From positions 1 through 64,000 of IMG/VR virus record IMGVR_UViG_3300021139_000002: 64,000 bases of DNA, one strand, 5' to 3'. Every line of letters begins with the position of its first letter. Positions within the stretch are counted from its first letter, which is position 1. Below the pieces are notes generated by a model, which did not search any database, was not told the DNA's origin, and saw only the letters and a list, made by a program, of their open reading frames with translations. Below, piece after piece: positions 44,237 through 53,156 of this stretch. Source of the DNA: a virus. Made by a program: the position numbers and the translations under genes.

Positions 44237-45245
44237 TTCTCTGATCATCTTCATTAATGCAGGAAATCATTCCGCATTTTTGAGGACCTTGAGGGGGCAT
44301 CCATCCAGGATGCCATATATTGCCTAATGCAATGTTATTGCAATTACTGCCGGATACCCAACCTTGTCCGCCTATATTCAATCTTTCAACTCCAGCATTA
44401 CATAGTTGTCCTACGTAACTAGGATGCTTACTATAGGTATCTTCATACCTTTCATCCCAAGTAGTTTCTTGAAAGTAAATCTTTTCTTCTACTAATTTAC
44501 TTGTCTCCACGGGCGGTGGCGGTGGCGGTGGTGGGGGAGGAGGTTCCGGAGGCGGTGCTTCTGCTAGTCTACGTCGCATTTCTTCTTCGCGACGTTTTTG
44601 TTCTTCAATACGTTTTGCACGTTCTTCTAAAGTACGTTGACGCATTTCTTTAGACATGTTATAAAAATCAATTTTTTGCAAATCTTCGTATGAATATTTG
44701 AGCATACCTGCACTAGGATCTGCATTAAAATACAATTGAGTTTTCGAAACCAACATATCAATTGTATCTTCTAACTCAAGCACTCTATCAATATCTTCTT
44801 GTACATTGGTATTTCTTATAGGCGCACTAATTGTAAATTTTTTACCTTTGGCATTAAATGTATCTACAATATATTTTATCAATGCAGGATTTTGCCAATG
44901 GTGATATGTTAGCACTAAGTTATCTACATACGGTTCTAACGCCCACCAATCTAACCAAAGTTTACCGCCATTAGTATGTAGTGTAACACTATCGCCGTTT
45001 GCTCTACATAATTTTAAAAATTGAGCAATATAATCCATATCTAACGGTTCGCCGCCGTTAAAAATCCATTCTATACTTCTGCCCTGTTTCTCTTTATAAG
45101 AATCTATAAGTAATTGAGCAATACGTAGATATTCGTTTATTTCGGGAGGAAGGCCGCCTCCCCTAGAATGAGTTGGACAATACTCACATTGGGCTTTGCA
45201 GTAATCGTTTAATGTCCAAGATATAATTGTTTTTAAATTGTCCAT
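44208..45245 (-). CDS. Radical SAM enzyme with Cys-rich C-terminal (twitch-like) domain and poly-Pro insert
   Basis: CKAQCEYC, GGEP, TNG; C-terminal C.AG…C…C….C. Confidence 0.85.
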   Translation of the reverse strand: MDNLKTIISWTLNDYCKAQCEYCPTHSRGGGLPPEINEYLRIAQLLIDSYKEKQGRSIEWIFNGGEPLDMDYIAQFLKLCRANGDSVTLHTNGGKLWLDWWALEPYVDNLVLTYHHWQNPALIKYIVDTFNAKGKKFTISAPIRNTNVQEDIDRVLELEDTIDMLVSKTQLYFNADPSAGMLKYSYEDLQKIDFYNMSKEMRQRTLEERAKRIEEQKRREEEMRRRLAEAPPPEPPPPPPPPPPPVETSKLVEEKIYFQETTWDERYEDTYSKHPSYVGQLCNAGVERLNIGGQGWVSGSNCNNIALGNIWHPGWMPPQGPQKCGMISCINEDDQRITKFSQLDL

Positions 45246-45250
45246 ACGGT

Positions 45251-45299
45251 CCTTGACAAGTCTAAATAAAGTATGTATAATGTACTTATCTTATCAAGG
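45251..45299 (+). promoter_or_regulatory. Sigma70 + late promoter inside an inverted repeat shared by divergent genes
   Basis: TTGACA 45253-17-TATAAT; TAAATA 45263; CCTTGACAAG / CTTATCAAGG arms. Confidence 0.7.
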
Positions 45300-45305
45300 C
45301 GTACA

Positions 45306-45590
45306 ATGGATTTAGACTCAAAAACTAAAGAAGTAATGGACATTCTACAAGAAGAATGTGCAGAGGTTATACAGGCAGTTAGTAAAATTAGCCGATTTGG
45401 AATTGATAACCTTAAACCAGGCAAACCAAAAACTAATCGAGAACATCTCGAGGAAGAACTCGGAGACATGTTGGCTATGATCGATATCTTAAAAGAAAAA
45501 GGTATCGTGTCCGGCGCTTGTTTAGAAGCAGCCAAATATGCCAAAATTGAAAAACTAAAAAAATGGTCAAACATATATGAGCAAAATTAA
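45306..45590 (+). CDS. mazG: MazG-like NTP pyrophosphohydrolase
   Basis: EECAEV…EELGD motifs. Confidence 0.8.
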   Translation: MDLDSKTKEVMDILQEECAEVIQAVSKISRFGIDNLKPGKPKTNREHLEEELGDMLAMIDILKEKGIVSGACLEAAKYAKIEKLKKWSNIYEQN

Positions 45591-46431
45591 AATCGCAGAA
45601 CTCTTTTACTCAATACAGGGCGAAGGTCGCTATATGGGCGTTCCCTCTGTATTTCTTCGCACCTTCGGGTGTAACTTTAAATGCCAAGGGTTTGGCATGC
45701 CTCGTGGAGAACTTAGCAATGAAGCAGAAAATATTGACCCGTCTAAGTACACCGAGTACAAATCGTTACCTTTGGTTAGTACAGGTTGTGATAGTTACGC
45801 TTCTTGGGATCCTCGCTTTAAGCATCTATCTCCCCTTCTTTCTACTGATGCGATTGCCACTGCTATTGTTGATACGCTACCGTACAAGGAATGGCGGGAC
45901 GAACATCTCGTAATCACAGGCGGCGAGCCATTGCTAGGTTGGCAAAAGCAATATCCAGATTTACTCAATCACGAAAAGATGCGTGGCTTAAAAGAAATTA
46001 CTTTTGAGACAAACGGCACAATGCGTCTAACCTCAGACTTCACACAATTCATAAAAGACTGGGCATGGGATCATGAAAAATCACTAATGCGACAGGTGAC
46101 ATTCAGTGTTAGTGCTAAACTTCCATGTAGCGGTGAGCCATGGAAAGATGCTATTAAACCAGAGGTTGTTAAATCATATCAAGATACTGGTTCATATGTT
46201 TATTTGAAATTTGTTATTAGCACAGAGGAGGACCTTAAAGATGCTGAACGAGCAGTTGAAGAATATCGTGCGGCGGGCTTTACTGGTCCTGTGTACATTA
46301 TGCCTGTTGGTGGCGTTGAACGGGTGTACACTCTTAATAATAGATCAGTAGCAGAGATGGCAATGCGAAAAGGATGGAGGTATTCAGACCGACTTCAAGT
46401 GCCACTATTTAAAAACGAATGGGGAACCTAA
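45577..46431 (+). CDS. queE: 7-carboxy-7-deazaguanine synthase (radical SAM)
   Basis: E.FYSIQGEG..G.PSVFLR.FGCN..C…CDS, TGGEP, ETNG, KFV. Confidence 0.9.
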   Translation: MSKIKIAELFYSIQGEGRYMGVPSVFLRTFGCNFKCQGFGMPRGELSNEAENIDPSKYTEYKSLPLVSTGCDSYASWDPRFKHLSPLLSTDAIATAIVDTLPYKEWRDEHLVITGGEPLLGWQKQYPDLLNHEKMRGLKEITFETNGTMRLTSDFTQFIKDWAWDHEKSLMRQVTFSVSAKLPCSGEPWKDAIKPEVVKSYQDTGSYVYLKFVISTEEDLKDAERAVEEYRAAGFTGPVYIMPVGGVERVYTLNNRSVAEMAMRKGWRYSDRLQVPLFKNEWGT

Positions 46432-46610
46432 TGGAAACTCATAAAAGAACTATTGCTAGAACACTTAGCTATAGATTCACAGCATTACTTATAACTGCGT
46501 TATGGACAGGTTTAGGCGAAGCCGTTGCTATTCATTTTGTACTTGCATTGTGGCAATATTTTATAGAAAGAATCTGGCTTAAAATTAAATGGGGGAAGGT
46601 GAATGAATAA
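46431..46610 (+). CDS. DUF2061-like small membrane protein
   Basis: ETHKRTIARTLSYR…ERIW.KI.WG. Confidence 0.7.
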   Translation: METHKRTIARTLSYRFTALLITALWTGLGEAVAIHFVLALWQYFIERIWLKIKWGKVNE

Positions 46611-47049
46611 ATTTATTAAAAAAATATTTGGCATAGATAAAATCGAAGCCGCAACAGAACATGCAATCTCACAAGGCGAAGCAGCCGCAAGGTTAGCCAA
46701 AGAAGCATTAGATGCCGCAGAAGCCGCAAAAGAGCAAGAACGCCTTGCTAAACTTAGTCCAAAAGAATTGGCTACAGAAAAGAAAGAGCCTTGGATTGCT
46801 GTAACTAATACCCACGTAAATAAAGATAACCTACGAAATGGATTTTTTGAACTTGATTGGAACGAGTATTTTGTGTTACAATTAAGGAGTGCAGGTTATA
46901 TCGGTGAAACTGAAGAAGAAGTTGTAGACGAATGGTTCAGCGAACTATGTCGAAATTTGGGCAATGAAGAAGGTATCGATATGAGCCGCCGCGGTGCCGG
47001 TTACGTCAATCGTGCGTTACGTGATGATGGAAGATCTGAGGTCAGCTAA
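46603..47049 (+). CDS. Conserved hypothetical protein
   Basis: GFFELDWNEYF…VD.WF. Confidence 0.7.
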   Translation: MNKFIKKIFGIDKIEAATEHAISQGEAAARLAKEALDAAEAAKEQERLAKLSPKELATEKKEPWIAVTNTHVNKDNLRNGFFELDWNEYFVLQLRSAGYIGETEEEVVDEWFSELCRNLGNEEGIDMSRRGAGYVNRALRDDGRSEVS

Positions 47050-48041
47050 TGAACAAAACATACATTCTTGTAGATACTGCTAATACATTCTTTAGGGCTA
47101 GACACGTTATTCGTGGTAGCCTAGAAGATAAAGTTGGTATGAGTATTCACACCACTTTGAGTAGTATTCGCAAGGCATGGCGAGATTTTAACGGCAGTCA
47201 TATTGTGTTCTGTTTAGAAGGTCGGTCGTGGCGCAAGGATCATTATGCTCCTTACAAGCGTAACCGCACCGACGCTCGGGCCGCGCAGAGCCCTCGCGAG
47301 GCTGAAGAAGATCGCGTATTTTGGGAAACATTTGATCAGTTCAAAGACTTCGTTATCAACAAAACAAATTGCACCGTATTACAACATCCGCAACTTGAAG
47401 CAGATGATTTAATTGCAGGTTTTATCCAAAGTCACCCTAACGACAATCACGTGATTATTTCAACAGATGGAGATTTTGCACAATTGATTTCTCCTAATGT
47501 TCGGCAATATAATGGTGTAATGGAAATTACAACTACACACGAAGGATACTTTGATGCAAAAGGTAAGCGTGTCATTGATAAGAAAACTAAGCAAGAAAAG
47601 CCCGCTCCGGACCCACAATGGTTACTCTTTGAGAAGTGTATGCGTGGCGACACCTCCGACAATATCTTCTCTGCATATCCGGGAGTACGTGAGAAAGGCA
47701 CAAAGAATAAGGTTGGTCTCCGTGAGGCCTTTGCCGATAGAGACAGCAAAGGATGGTCTTGGAACAATCTCATGTTGCAACGTTGGACTGACCACGAAGG
47801 TGTCGAACATCGTGTACTAGACGATTATTATCGAAATGTTAAGTTGTGCGACCTTTCAGCACAACCTGATGAGATTAGAAAGATAATCGATGAGACAATC
47901 ACTGCGGCAACTACAGCAGAGAAGAATATTCCACAGGTTGGCATACGCCTGCTAAAATTCTGTGCAGAGTACAACATGGTTAAAATTAGTGAGCAAGTAC
48001 AAAGTTATGCAGATCCACTTAATGCGAGGTACGTAGCATGA
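47049..48041 (+). CDS. rnh: RNase H / 5'-3' exonuclease (FEN family, T4 Rnh-like)
   Basis: LVD..N.FFR, WRK..Y..YK.NR, EADD, STDGD..QL, GD.SDNI. Confidence 0.9.
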   Translation: MNKTYILVDTANTFFRARHVIRGSLEDKVGMSIHTTLSSIRKAWRDFNGSHIVFCLEGRSWRKDHYAPYKRNRTDARAAQSPREAEEDRVFWETFDQFKDFVINKTNCTVLQHPQLEADDLIAGFIQSHPNDNHVIISTDGDFAQLISPNVRQYNGVMEITTTHEGYFDAKGKRVIDKKTKQEKPAPDPQWLLFEKCMRGDTSDNIFSAYPGVREKGTKNKVGLREAFADRDSKGWSWNNLMLQRWTDHEGVEHRVLDDYYRNVKLCDLSAQPDEIRKIIDETITAATTAEKNIPQVGIRLLKFCAEYNMVKISEQVQSYADPLNARYVA

Positions 48042-48520
48042 ATTCAACAGCCAAAGTATTAGTTCCAAATAAAGAATGGCTAGTTACTGATAACAATCAG
48101 AAAATTGGTGCCATCACAAAAAACAAAAAAGGTTATATCTTTACTAGAAAAGGAAAAGCCATAGGATTTAAAAATCTAAATGACTTAAAAAGTCAATTAG
48201 GTATTGAGTTGTTTGAAGAAGGCATTAAAAAAATTACAGCCGATCCCGATAACAAAAACTATGCAATATACGATTTTCCGTGCAGTTCAAAACCTTATGA
48301 ACCTGTATATAGTGTAAAAGAAAAACTTCCATTGTTTGCAAAAAGTGCCAAGAGTAAAAGCCGTTATTGTGCAGGTTATTACACAATCAAATTCCGCAAA
48401 GGATGGGTCAAATCATTCTGTCCTAAATTGATTACGTTACAACGATATGCCTATTACGGTCCTTTCAAAACTGAAACTGAAATGAAAGTTACATTAAATA
48501 ATGTGAACAAATATGAGTAA
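48038..48520 (+). CDS. Conserved hypothetical protein
   Basis: YCAGYY…FCPKLITL.RY…GPFKT. Confidence 0.7.
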   Translation: MNSTAKVLVPNKEWLVTDNNQKIGAITKNKKGYIFTRKGKAIGFKNLNDLKSQLGIELFEEGIKKITADPDNKNYAIYDFPCSSKPYEPVYSVKEKLPLFAKSAKSKSRYCAGYYTIKFRKGWVKSFCPKLITLQRYAYYGPFKTETEMKVTLNNVNKYE

Positions 48521-48722
48521 TCTTAATACATTTCCAATCGAAGATTTCCTAAATAAGGCAAGATTAGCAATTAAAACTAATCAAAAAAACCTTACCTTGA
48601 CTATTAAAGAAGTGACAGATTTACAAAATAGTCTTAGTGTTGTAATGACTAGAATTGCAGGTGAATCCAATTCTGATACACAAGAGGACATTGTTATCAA
48701 ATTGAACGGTGGTACTTTTTAA
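48513..48722 (+). CDS. Hypothetical protein
   Basis: 69-aa ORF. Confidence 0.65.
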   Translation: MSNLNTFPIEDFLNKARLAIKTNQKNLTLTIKEVTDLQNSLSVVMTRIAGESNSDTQEDIVIKLNGGTF

Positions 48723-48768
48723 ATAACTTTGGTAAATATATACGCACTTATCGGAGCAAGCGTATATC

Positions 48769-49068
48769 ATGAGCAGACCAAAGCCAACCGTGTTATTAGA
48801 GATAACAAATAAGAAAACATATAAAACAGAACAGGTTTTAGATGCAGAGGCCATTTGGGCTGTGTTTTACAAAGACAAGCCTATAAATTTGAAAACCAGT
48901 AGTATGTTAGGACAACAACTAGGTCCAAAATATAAAAAAGTCAGTTTTTCAAATGCCGGCCATGCACATAATCTTGCTGAAAAGTTGAACAAAATGTTTA
49001 ACTCCGAAGACTTCTCTGTTTTTAAACTAACTACCGGCGAGAAGTTATTAAATGACTCAAAAGAGTGA
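48769..49068 (+). CDS. Conserved hypothetical protein
   Basis: MSRPKP…KYKKVSFSN.GHA.NLA; TAAATA 48733 and leader hairpin ATATACGC/GCGTATAT. Confidence 0.75.
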   Translation: MSRPKPTVLLEITNKKTYKTEQVLDAEAIWAVFYKDKPINLKTSSMLGQQLGPKYKKVSFSNAGHAHNLAEKLNKMFNSEDFSVFKLTTGEKLLNDSKE

Positions 49069-49444
49069 CATTACCAAATATGTAGCAGAACAAGAAGGGC
49101 TTTCCGTAGAGGAACCGCATCTTAAAAAATTGTTACCCGTTTGGTGGCAAAATCCTAGAAATAAACCAGTAGGAGGCCTACGTCTTACCGACGAAGGCTT
49201 TGCCCGATTGTCCAAATATTTTACAGCACTTCAAGTTAGATTTGAAGAAAAGTACGAAGACTTAAACTTTACAAACCAAATGATTCTCCGTTTGGATAAC
49301 TTTATTACATGCCCTTGGTACATTACCAAAAAAGGTATGTGGGTTTTCGATGATAAAATGGCTGTCCAATTAGTGTTGTTTTCCGGCAACATTGAAAAAT
49401 TTACATCTGCAAAAGCAAGATCGCTTGACAAATCCGCAAAATAA
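49052..49444 (+). CDS. Conserved hypothetical protein
   Basis: WW.NPR….GLRLT..G. Confidence 0.7.
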   Translation: MTQKSDITKYVAEQEGLSVEEPHLKKLLPVWWQNPRNKPVGGLRLTDEGFARLSKYFTALQVRFEEKYEDLNFTNQMILRLDNFITCPWYITKKGMWVFDDKMAVQLVLFSGNIEKFTSAKARSLDKSAK

Positions 49445-49453
49445 GCGTATAAT
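49425..49453 (+). promoter_or_regulatory. Consensus sigma70 promoter
   Basis: TTGACA-17-TATAAT. Confidence 0.8.
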
Positions 49454-49514
49454 CAATACATATTGAAGCACACGGCATTCAATATTTTTTAATCTAAATT
49501 TTTGAAAGCGTAAC

Positions 49515-50597
49515 ATGGCAGAGCAAATTTCAACTAGTCGCACCGTCACTCCTAACGAAGCTAAACGTGCTCTTCGTAAGTGTGTAAAAATCCAACGTCC
49601 AGTGTTCATGTGGGGTCCTCCCGGCATTGGCAAATCTGATATCGTTAAACAAATTGGCGATGAACAAGAACGTGAAGTTATTGACGTTCGTTTGAGCTTG
49701 TGGGAACCTACAGACATTAAAGGTATTCCTTACTTTGACTCAAATGCAAATACAATGACGTGGGCTCCTCCAGCAGAATTGCCTACAGATCCAAATTCTA
49801 CTGCTATCCTGTTCTTAGACGAACTTAACTCTGCGGCTCCTGCTACTCAAGCGGCTGCTTTCCAGTTAGTGCTTAACCGCCGTGTTGGTACTTATCAACT
49901 TCCAAAAGGTGTTTCAATTGTTGCCGCAGGTAACCGTGAAACTGACAAAGGTGTTACTTATCGTATGCCTGCTCCGTTGGCTAACCGTTTCGTTCACATT
50001 GAACTTAAAACTGATTACGAAGATTGGTTGGAATGGGCTGTTACTAATAAAGTGCATGAGCAGGTTGTAGGTTATGTTGGCTTTGCCAAACAAGACTTGT
50101 ATGACTTTGATCCAAAATCTAGCTCACGTGCCTTTGCTACTCCACGTAGCTGGTCATTTGTTTCCGAGTTGCTCAAAGATGACGACTTGCCAGAAAACAC
50201 TTTGACTGATTTGGTTGCAGGTGCTATTGGCGAAGGTCTTGCTGTTAAGTTTATGGCACACCGCAAGGTTGCTAAACAAATGCCTAAGCCAGAAGATATC
50301 TTGGCAGGTAAAGTTAAGAAGTGCGACATCAAAGAAATCTCAGCGATGTATTCTTTGACCGTGTCAATGTGCTATGAACTTCAAACTGCTTATGAGAAGA
50401 AAGTTAAAGATTGGGATCCAATGGCAGATAACTTCTTTGCGTTCATGATGGACAATTTCCCAACTGAACTAGTTGTTATGGGTGCCAAGGTTGCTCTTAC
50501 TAACTATAACTTGCCATTCGATGCAAGCAAACTTAACCACTTTGATCGTTTCCACGACAAATACGGTAAGTTCATTATCACTGCAATGGAAGGTTAA
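49515..50597 (+). CDS. MoxR-type AAA+ ATPase
   Basis: GPPGIGKS, LFLDE, AAGN, PL.NRF, TPRSW. Confidence 0.88.
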   Translation: MAEQISTSRTVTPNEAKRALRKCVKIQRPVFMWGPPGIGKSDIVKQIGDEQEREVIDVRLSLWEPTDIKGIPYFDSNANTMTWAPPAELPTDPNSTAILFLDELNSAAPATQAAAFQLVLNRRVGTYQLPKGVSIVAAGNRETDKGVTYRMPAPLANRFVHIELKTDYEDWLEWAVTNKVHEQVVGYVGFAKQDLYDFDPKSSSRAFATPRSWSFVSELLKDDDLPENTLTDLVAGAIGEGLAVKFMAHRKVAKQMPKPEDILAGKVKKCDIKEISAMYSLTVSMCYELQTAYEKKVKDWDPMADNFFAFMMDNFPTELVVMGAKVALTNYNLPFDASKLNHFDRFHDKYGKFIITAMEG

Positions 50598-50601
50598 AAT
50601 T

Positions 50602-50623
50602 GGGCCCTTAGGGGCCCTTTTTT
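50602..50623 (+). terminator. Intrinsic terminator
   Basis: GGGCCC-TTAG-GGGCCC + T6. Confidence 0.8.
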
Positions 50624-50625
50624 AC

Positions 50626-50654
50626 TTGCATTATTTCTTATTTGAGTGTATAAT
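50626..50654 (+). promoter_or_regulatory. Sigma70-type promoter
   Basis: TTGCAT-17-TATAAT. Confidence 0.7.
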
Positions 50655-50684
50655 TGTATATATACATGAAACAGGAGCATTAAA

Positions 50685-51947
50685 TTGTCTGCAAAATCTT
50701 CTACAGCAACTAAACAAAAGCAAATCCAAAAACAAGAATTTACTCAAGATCAAAAAAATAAGATCGTTGAGAAATTGATTACAGCCCGTATTGGCTTGCT
50801 GTTGCGTCATCCGTTTTTTGGCAACCTTGCAACACGCCTTAAACTTGTTGATGCCACAGATTGGTGTGGTACATTGGCTACAGATGGTCGCCACTTTTAT
50901 TACAATAACGACTTCGTTCACGCACTAACTCCTAAAGAATGTGAATTTGGCTTTGCACACGAAGTTCTTCACAATGTGTTTGATCACATGGGACGTCGCG
51001 AACATCGTGATCCTAAACTATCAAACATTGCCGCAGACTACGCCGCTAATCAAATTCTTAAAGATGAGCGCATCGGTGATGTACCTAGTTTCATTCAAAT
51101 TTATCAAGACAACAAATATCGCGGATGGAGCTACGAGCAAATCTACGAAGAAATTGAAAAGAACGCAATTAAAATTGACATGAGCCAACTCGGCGAATTG
51201 TTGGACGAACACTTAGATGGCGAGGGCGACGACAACGGGGAAGGTGAAGACGGAGATGAAAAAGACGGTAAAGGTCGTCCGAAACTAACACCCGAGGAAA
51301 AGAAAGCTATTCGTGATGAGATCAAGGAAGCAATGGTAGCGGCGGCGCAAGCGGCTGGTGCTGGTAAAGTGCCTGCAGGTGTTGCACGTATGATTCAAAG
51401 CTTCACTGAACCTAAAATGGATTGGCGTCAGATGTTGCGTATGAACATCCAAAGTATCTTCAAAAGCAATTTCAGTTTTACTCGTCCTAATCGTAAGTCA
51501 CAACATTGCGGTGCAGTATTGCCCGGTATGATGAACGAAGAAACAATTGATGTGTCTGTGTGTATTGACATGTCAGGTTCTATTAGCGATGCTATGGCAC
51601 GTGACTTCTTAAGTGAAGTTAAAGGTATTATGGAAGAATACAAAGACTTCAAACTAGATTTGTGGTGCTTTGATACAGAAATCTATAACTATCAAAAGTT
51701 CACAGGCGATACTGCTGACGAGATTAACGACTATAAATGCATGGGTGGTGGTGGAACTGATTTCGATGTCAACTATCAGTTTATGAAAGACAACGATATT
51801 AACCCTAAAAAGTTTATCATGTTTACAGACGGATATCCATGTGGTAGTTGGGGTGACGAGGACTATTGCGATAGCCTGTTTATTATCCATGGTAATGACA
51901 GCATTATTGCACCATTTGGGCAAACTGCACATTATGAGTCTAAGTAG
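50685..51947 (+). CDS. Metallopeptidase-like (HExxH) + VWA domain protein (DUF2201-like), MoxR partner
   Basis: ATDG…HEVLH; MIDAS DMSGS, GGGTDF, FTDG; TTG start with AGGAG. Confidence 0.85.
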   Translation: MSAKSSTATKQKQIQKQEFTQDQKNKIVEKLITARIGLLLRHPFFGNLATRLKLVDATDWCGTLATDGRHFYYNNDFVHALTPKECEFGFAHEVLHNVFDHMGRREHRDPKLSNIAADYAANQILKDERIGDVPSFIQIYQDNKYRGWSYEQIYEEIEKNAIKIDMSQLGELLDEHLDGEGDDNGEGEDGDEKDGKGRPKLTPEEKKAIRDEIKEAMVAAAQAAGAGKVPAGVARMIQSFTEPKMDWRQMLRMNIQSIFKSNFSFTRPNRKSQHCGAVLPGMMNEETIDVSVCIDMSGSISDAMARDFLSEVKGIMEEYKDFKLDLWCFDTEIYNYQKFTGDTADEINDYKCMGGGGTDFDVNYQFMKDNDINPKKFIMFTDGYPCGSWGDEDYCDSLFIIHGNDSIIAPFGQTAHYESK

Positions 51948-52215
51948 AAACGAAGTAAATCCGTTAGGAGTCTTGGGGGTAAGGAAATTATCCTTTATCC
52001 CCGAGCACTTTACTAAACTAGCAGTATCAAATCCTGTCGATATCAAATTATTAGACCACTGGATTAACTACCACTTAAATAGTAGGTACGCAATCAAGAA
52101 GACATTATCACTGGATAGCAATAATAAAACATCCGAAGTGGTAGAAATTGGTATAGAGGATCCCCGGGAGATTACTATGCTAACTTTAGGTTGTCCGTAT
52201 ATACATAGAAAATAA
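51934..52215 (+). CDS. Conserved hypothetical protein
   Basis: ATG 51934; NPL..LG.R…IG.EDP.E. Confidence 0.65.
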   Translation: MSLSRNEVNPLGVLGVRKLSFIPEHFTKLAVSNPVDIKLLDHWINYHLNSRYAIKKTLSLDSNNKTSEVVEIGIEDPREITMLTLGCPYIHRK

Positions 52216-52229
52216 AAGGACTTTTTAAA

Positions 52230-52475
52230 ATGGAAAACCAAGATCAAGCACAAGTACCTAGCCAAGACGTTGGCGGTGCCGCAACTGCTCAACCAGAATT
52301 AAACATTAACGACTTACAAAATATTCGTGCCGTTATTGATACCGCTGTACGTCGCGGTGCATTTGGTGCTGGAGAAATGACCGCAGTTGGTGGAGTATTC
52401 GATCGTTTGAATACTTTCTTAAATGCAGTAACACCTGCACCTGCACCAGCGGCCGCTGATCAAACAGCAGAATAA
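52230..52475 (+). CDS. Conserved hypothetical protein
   Basis: DL…..ID.A.RRGAF…E…VG. Confidence 0.7.
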   Translation: MENQDQAQVPSQDVGGAATAQPELNINDLQNIRAVIDTAVRRGAFGAGEMTAVGGVFDRLNTFLNAVTPAPAPAAADQTAE

Positions 52476-52487
52476 GGAAAAATTAAT

Positions 52488-53156
52488 ATGAAACACGTAG
52501 GCAAAATGAAAAACAATGGGGCTAGAATTGCTGTAGCCTACAGAACATTGCCAGGCGATTCTGGTAGTGCATTGGTAATCGGTACCGGTAACTTACCCCC
52601 ATCCTGGCATGACTCATTAATGAGTCTTATTCAAGATCCAAGCGGACAACAAGCAAACGAACTTGCAGACATTCTTTCTGTTCGTCGTTTCCCAGACGGC
52701 AATAACATGCTACAGGCATTACACGCAGGTGGACATCTTAAGAAAGTTCCAACAAGCGGTGTGTTAATGACTCCAACTGGTAATCAAAACGTTACCGTTG
52801 TACTAAGTGAACTTAATCAGATCATTGCTGAACAACGAGGTGTTAGTGTTGACGATCTTGCTATCAAAGATGGCAGTGTAGATACTAATCCAAAGACAAG
52901 TAAAAAGGTCGATGAAGAACTTTCTGCTGTTAACAACCAGTCTAACGCATTAAACGATCCAGGAAAAACAACTTCTTCTTCAGTAAATTATGAAGAACCA
53001 GCAGTTAACGTTCCTACAGAACCGTTGACTCCTACTCAGTTACGTAGCAAAGCAGATGCTTTGTTTAAAGAAGCACAGGCTCTACGTAAACAAGCAGACG
53101 CAGTTGATCCTCCAAAAAGCAAAAAGAAACAAGTAGCAGACGCAGATGCATCCTGA
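52488..53156 (+). CDS. Conserved hypothetical protein
   Basis: 222-aa ORF, AAGGA SD. Confidence 0.75.
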   Translation: MKHVGKMKNNGARIAVAYRTLPGDSGSALVIGTGNLPPSWHDSLMSLIQDPSGQQANELADILSVRRFPDGNNMLQALHAGGHLKKVPTSGVLMTPTGNQNVTVVLSELNQIIAEQRGVSVDDLAIKDGSVDTNPKTSKKVDEELSAVNNQSNALNDPGKTTSSSVNYEEPAVNVPTEPLTPTQLRSKADALFKEAQALRKQADAVDPPKSKKKQVADADAS

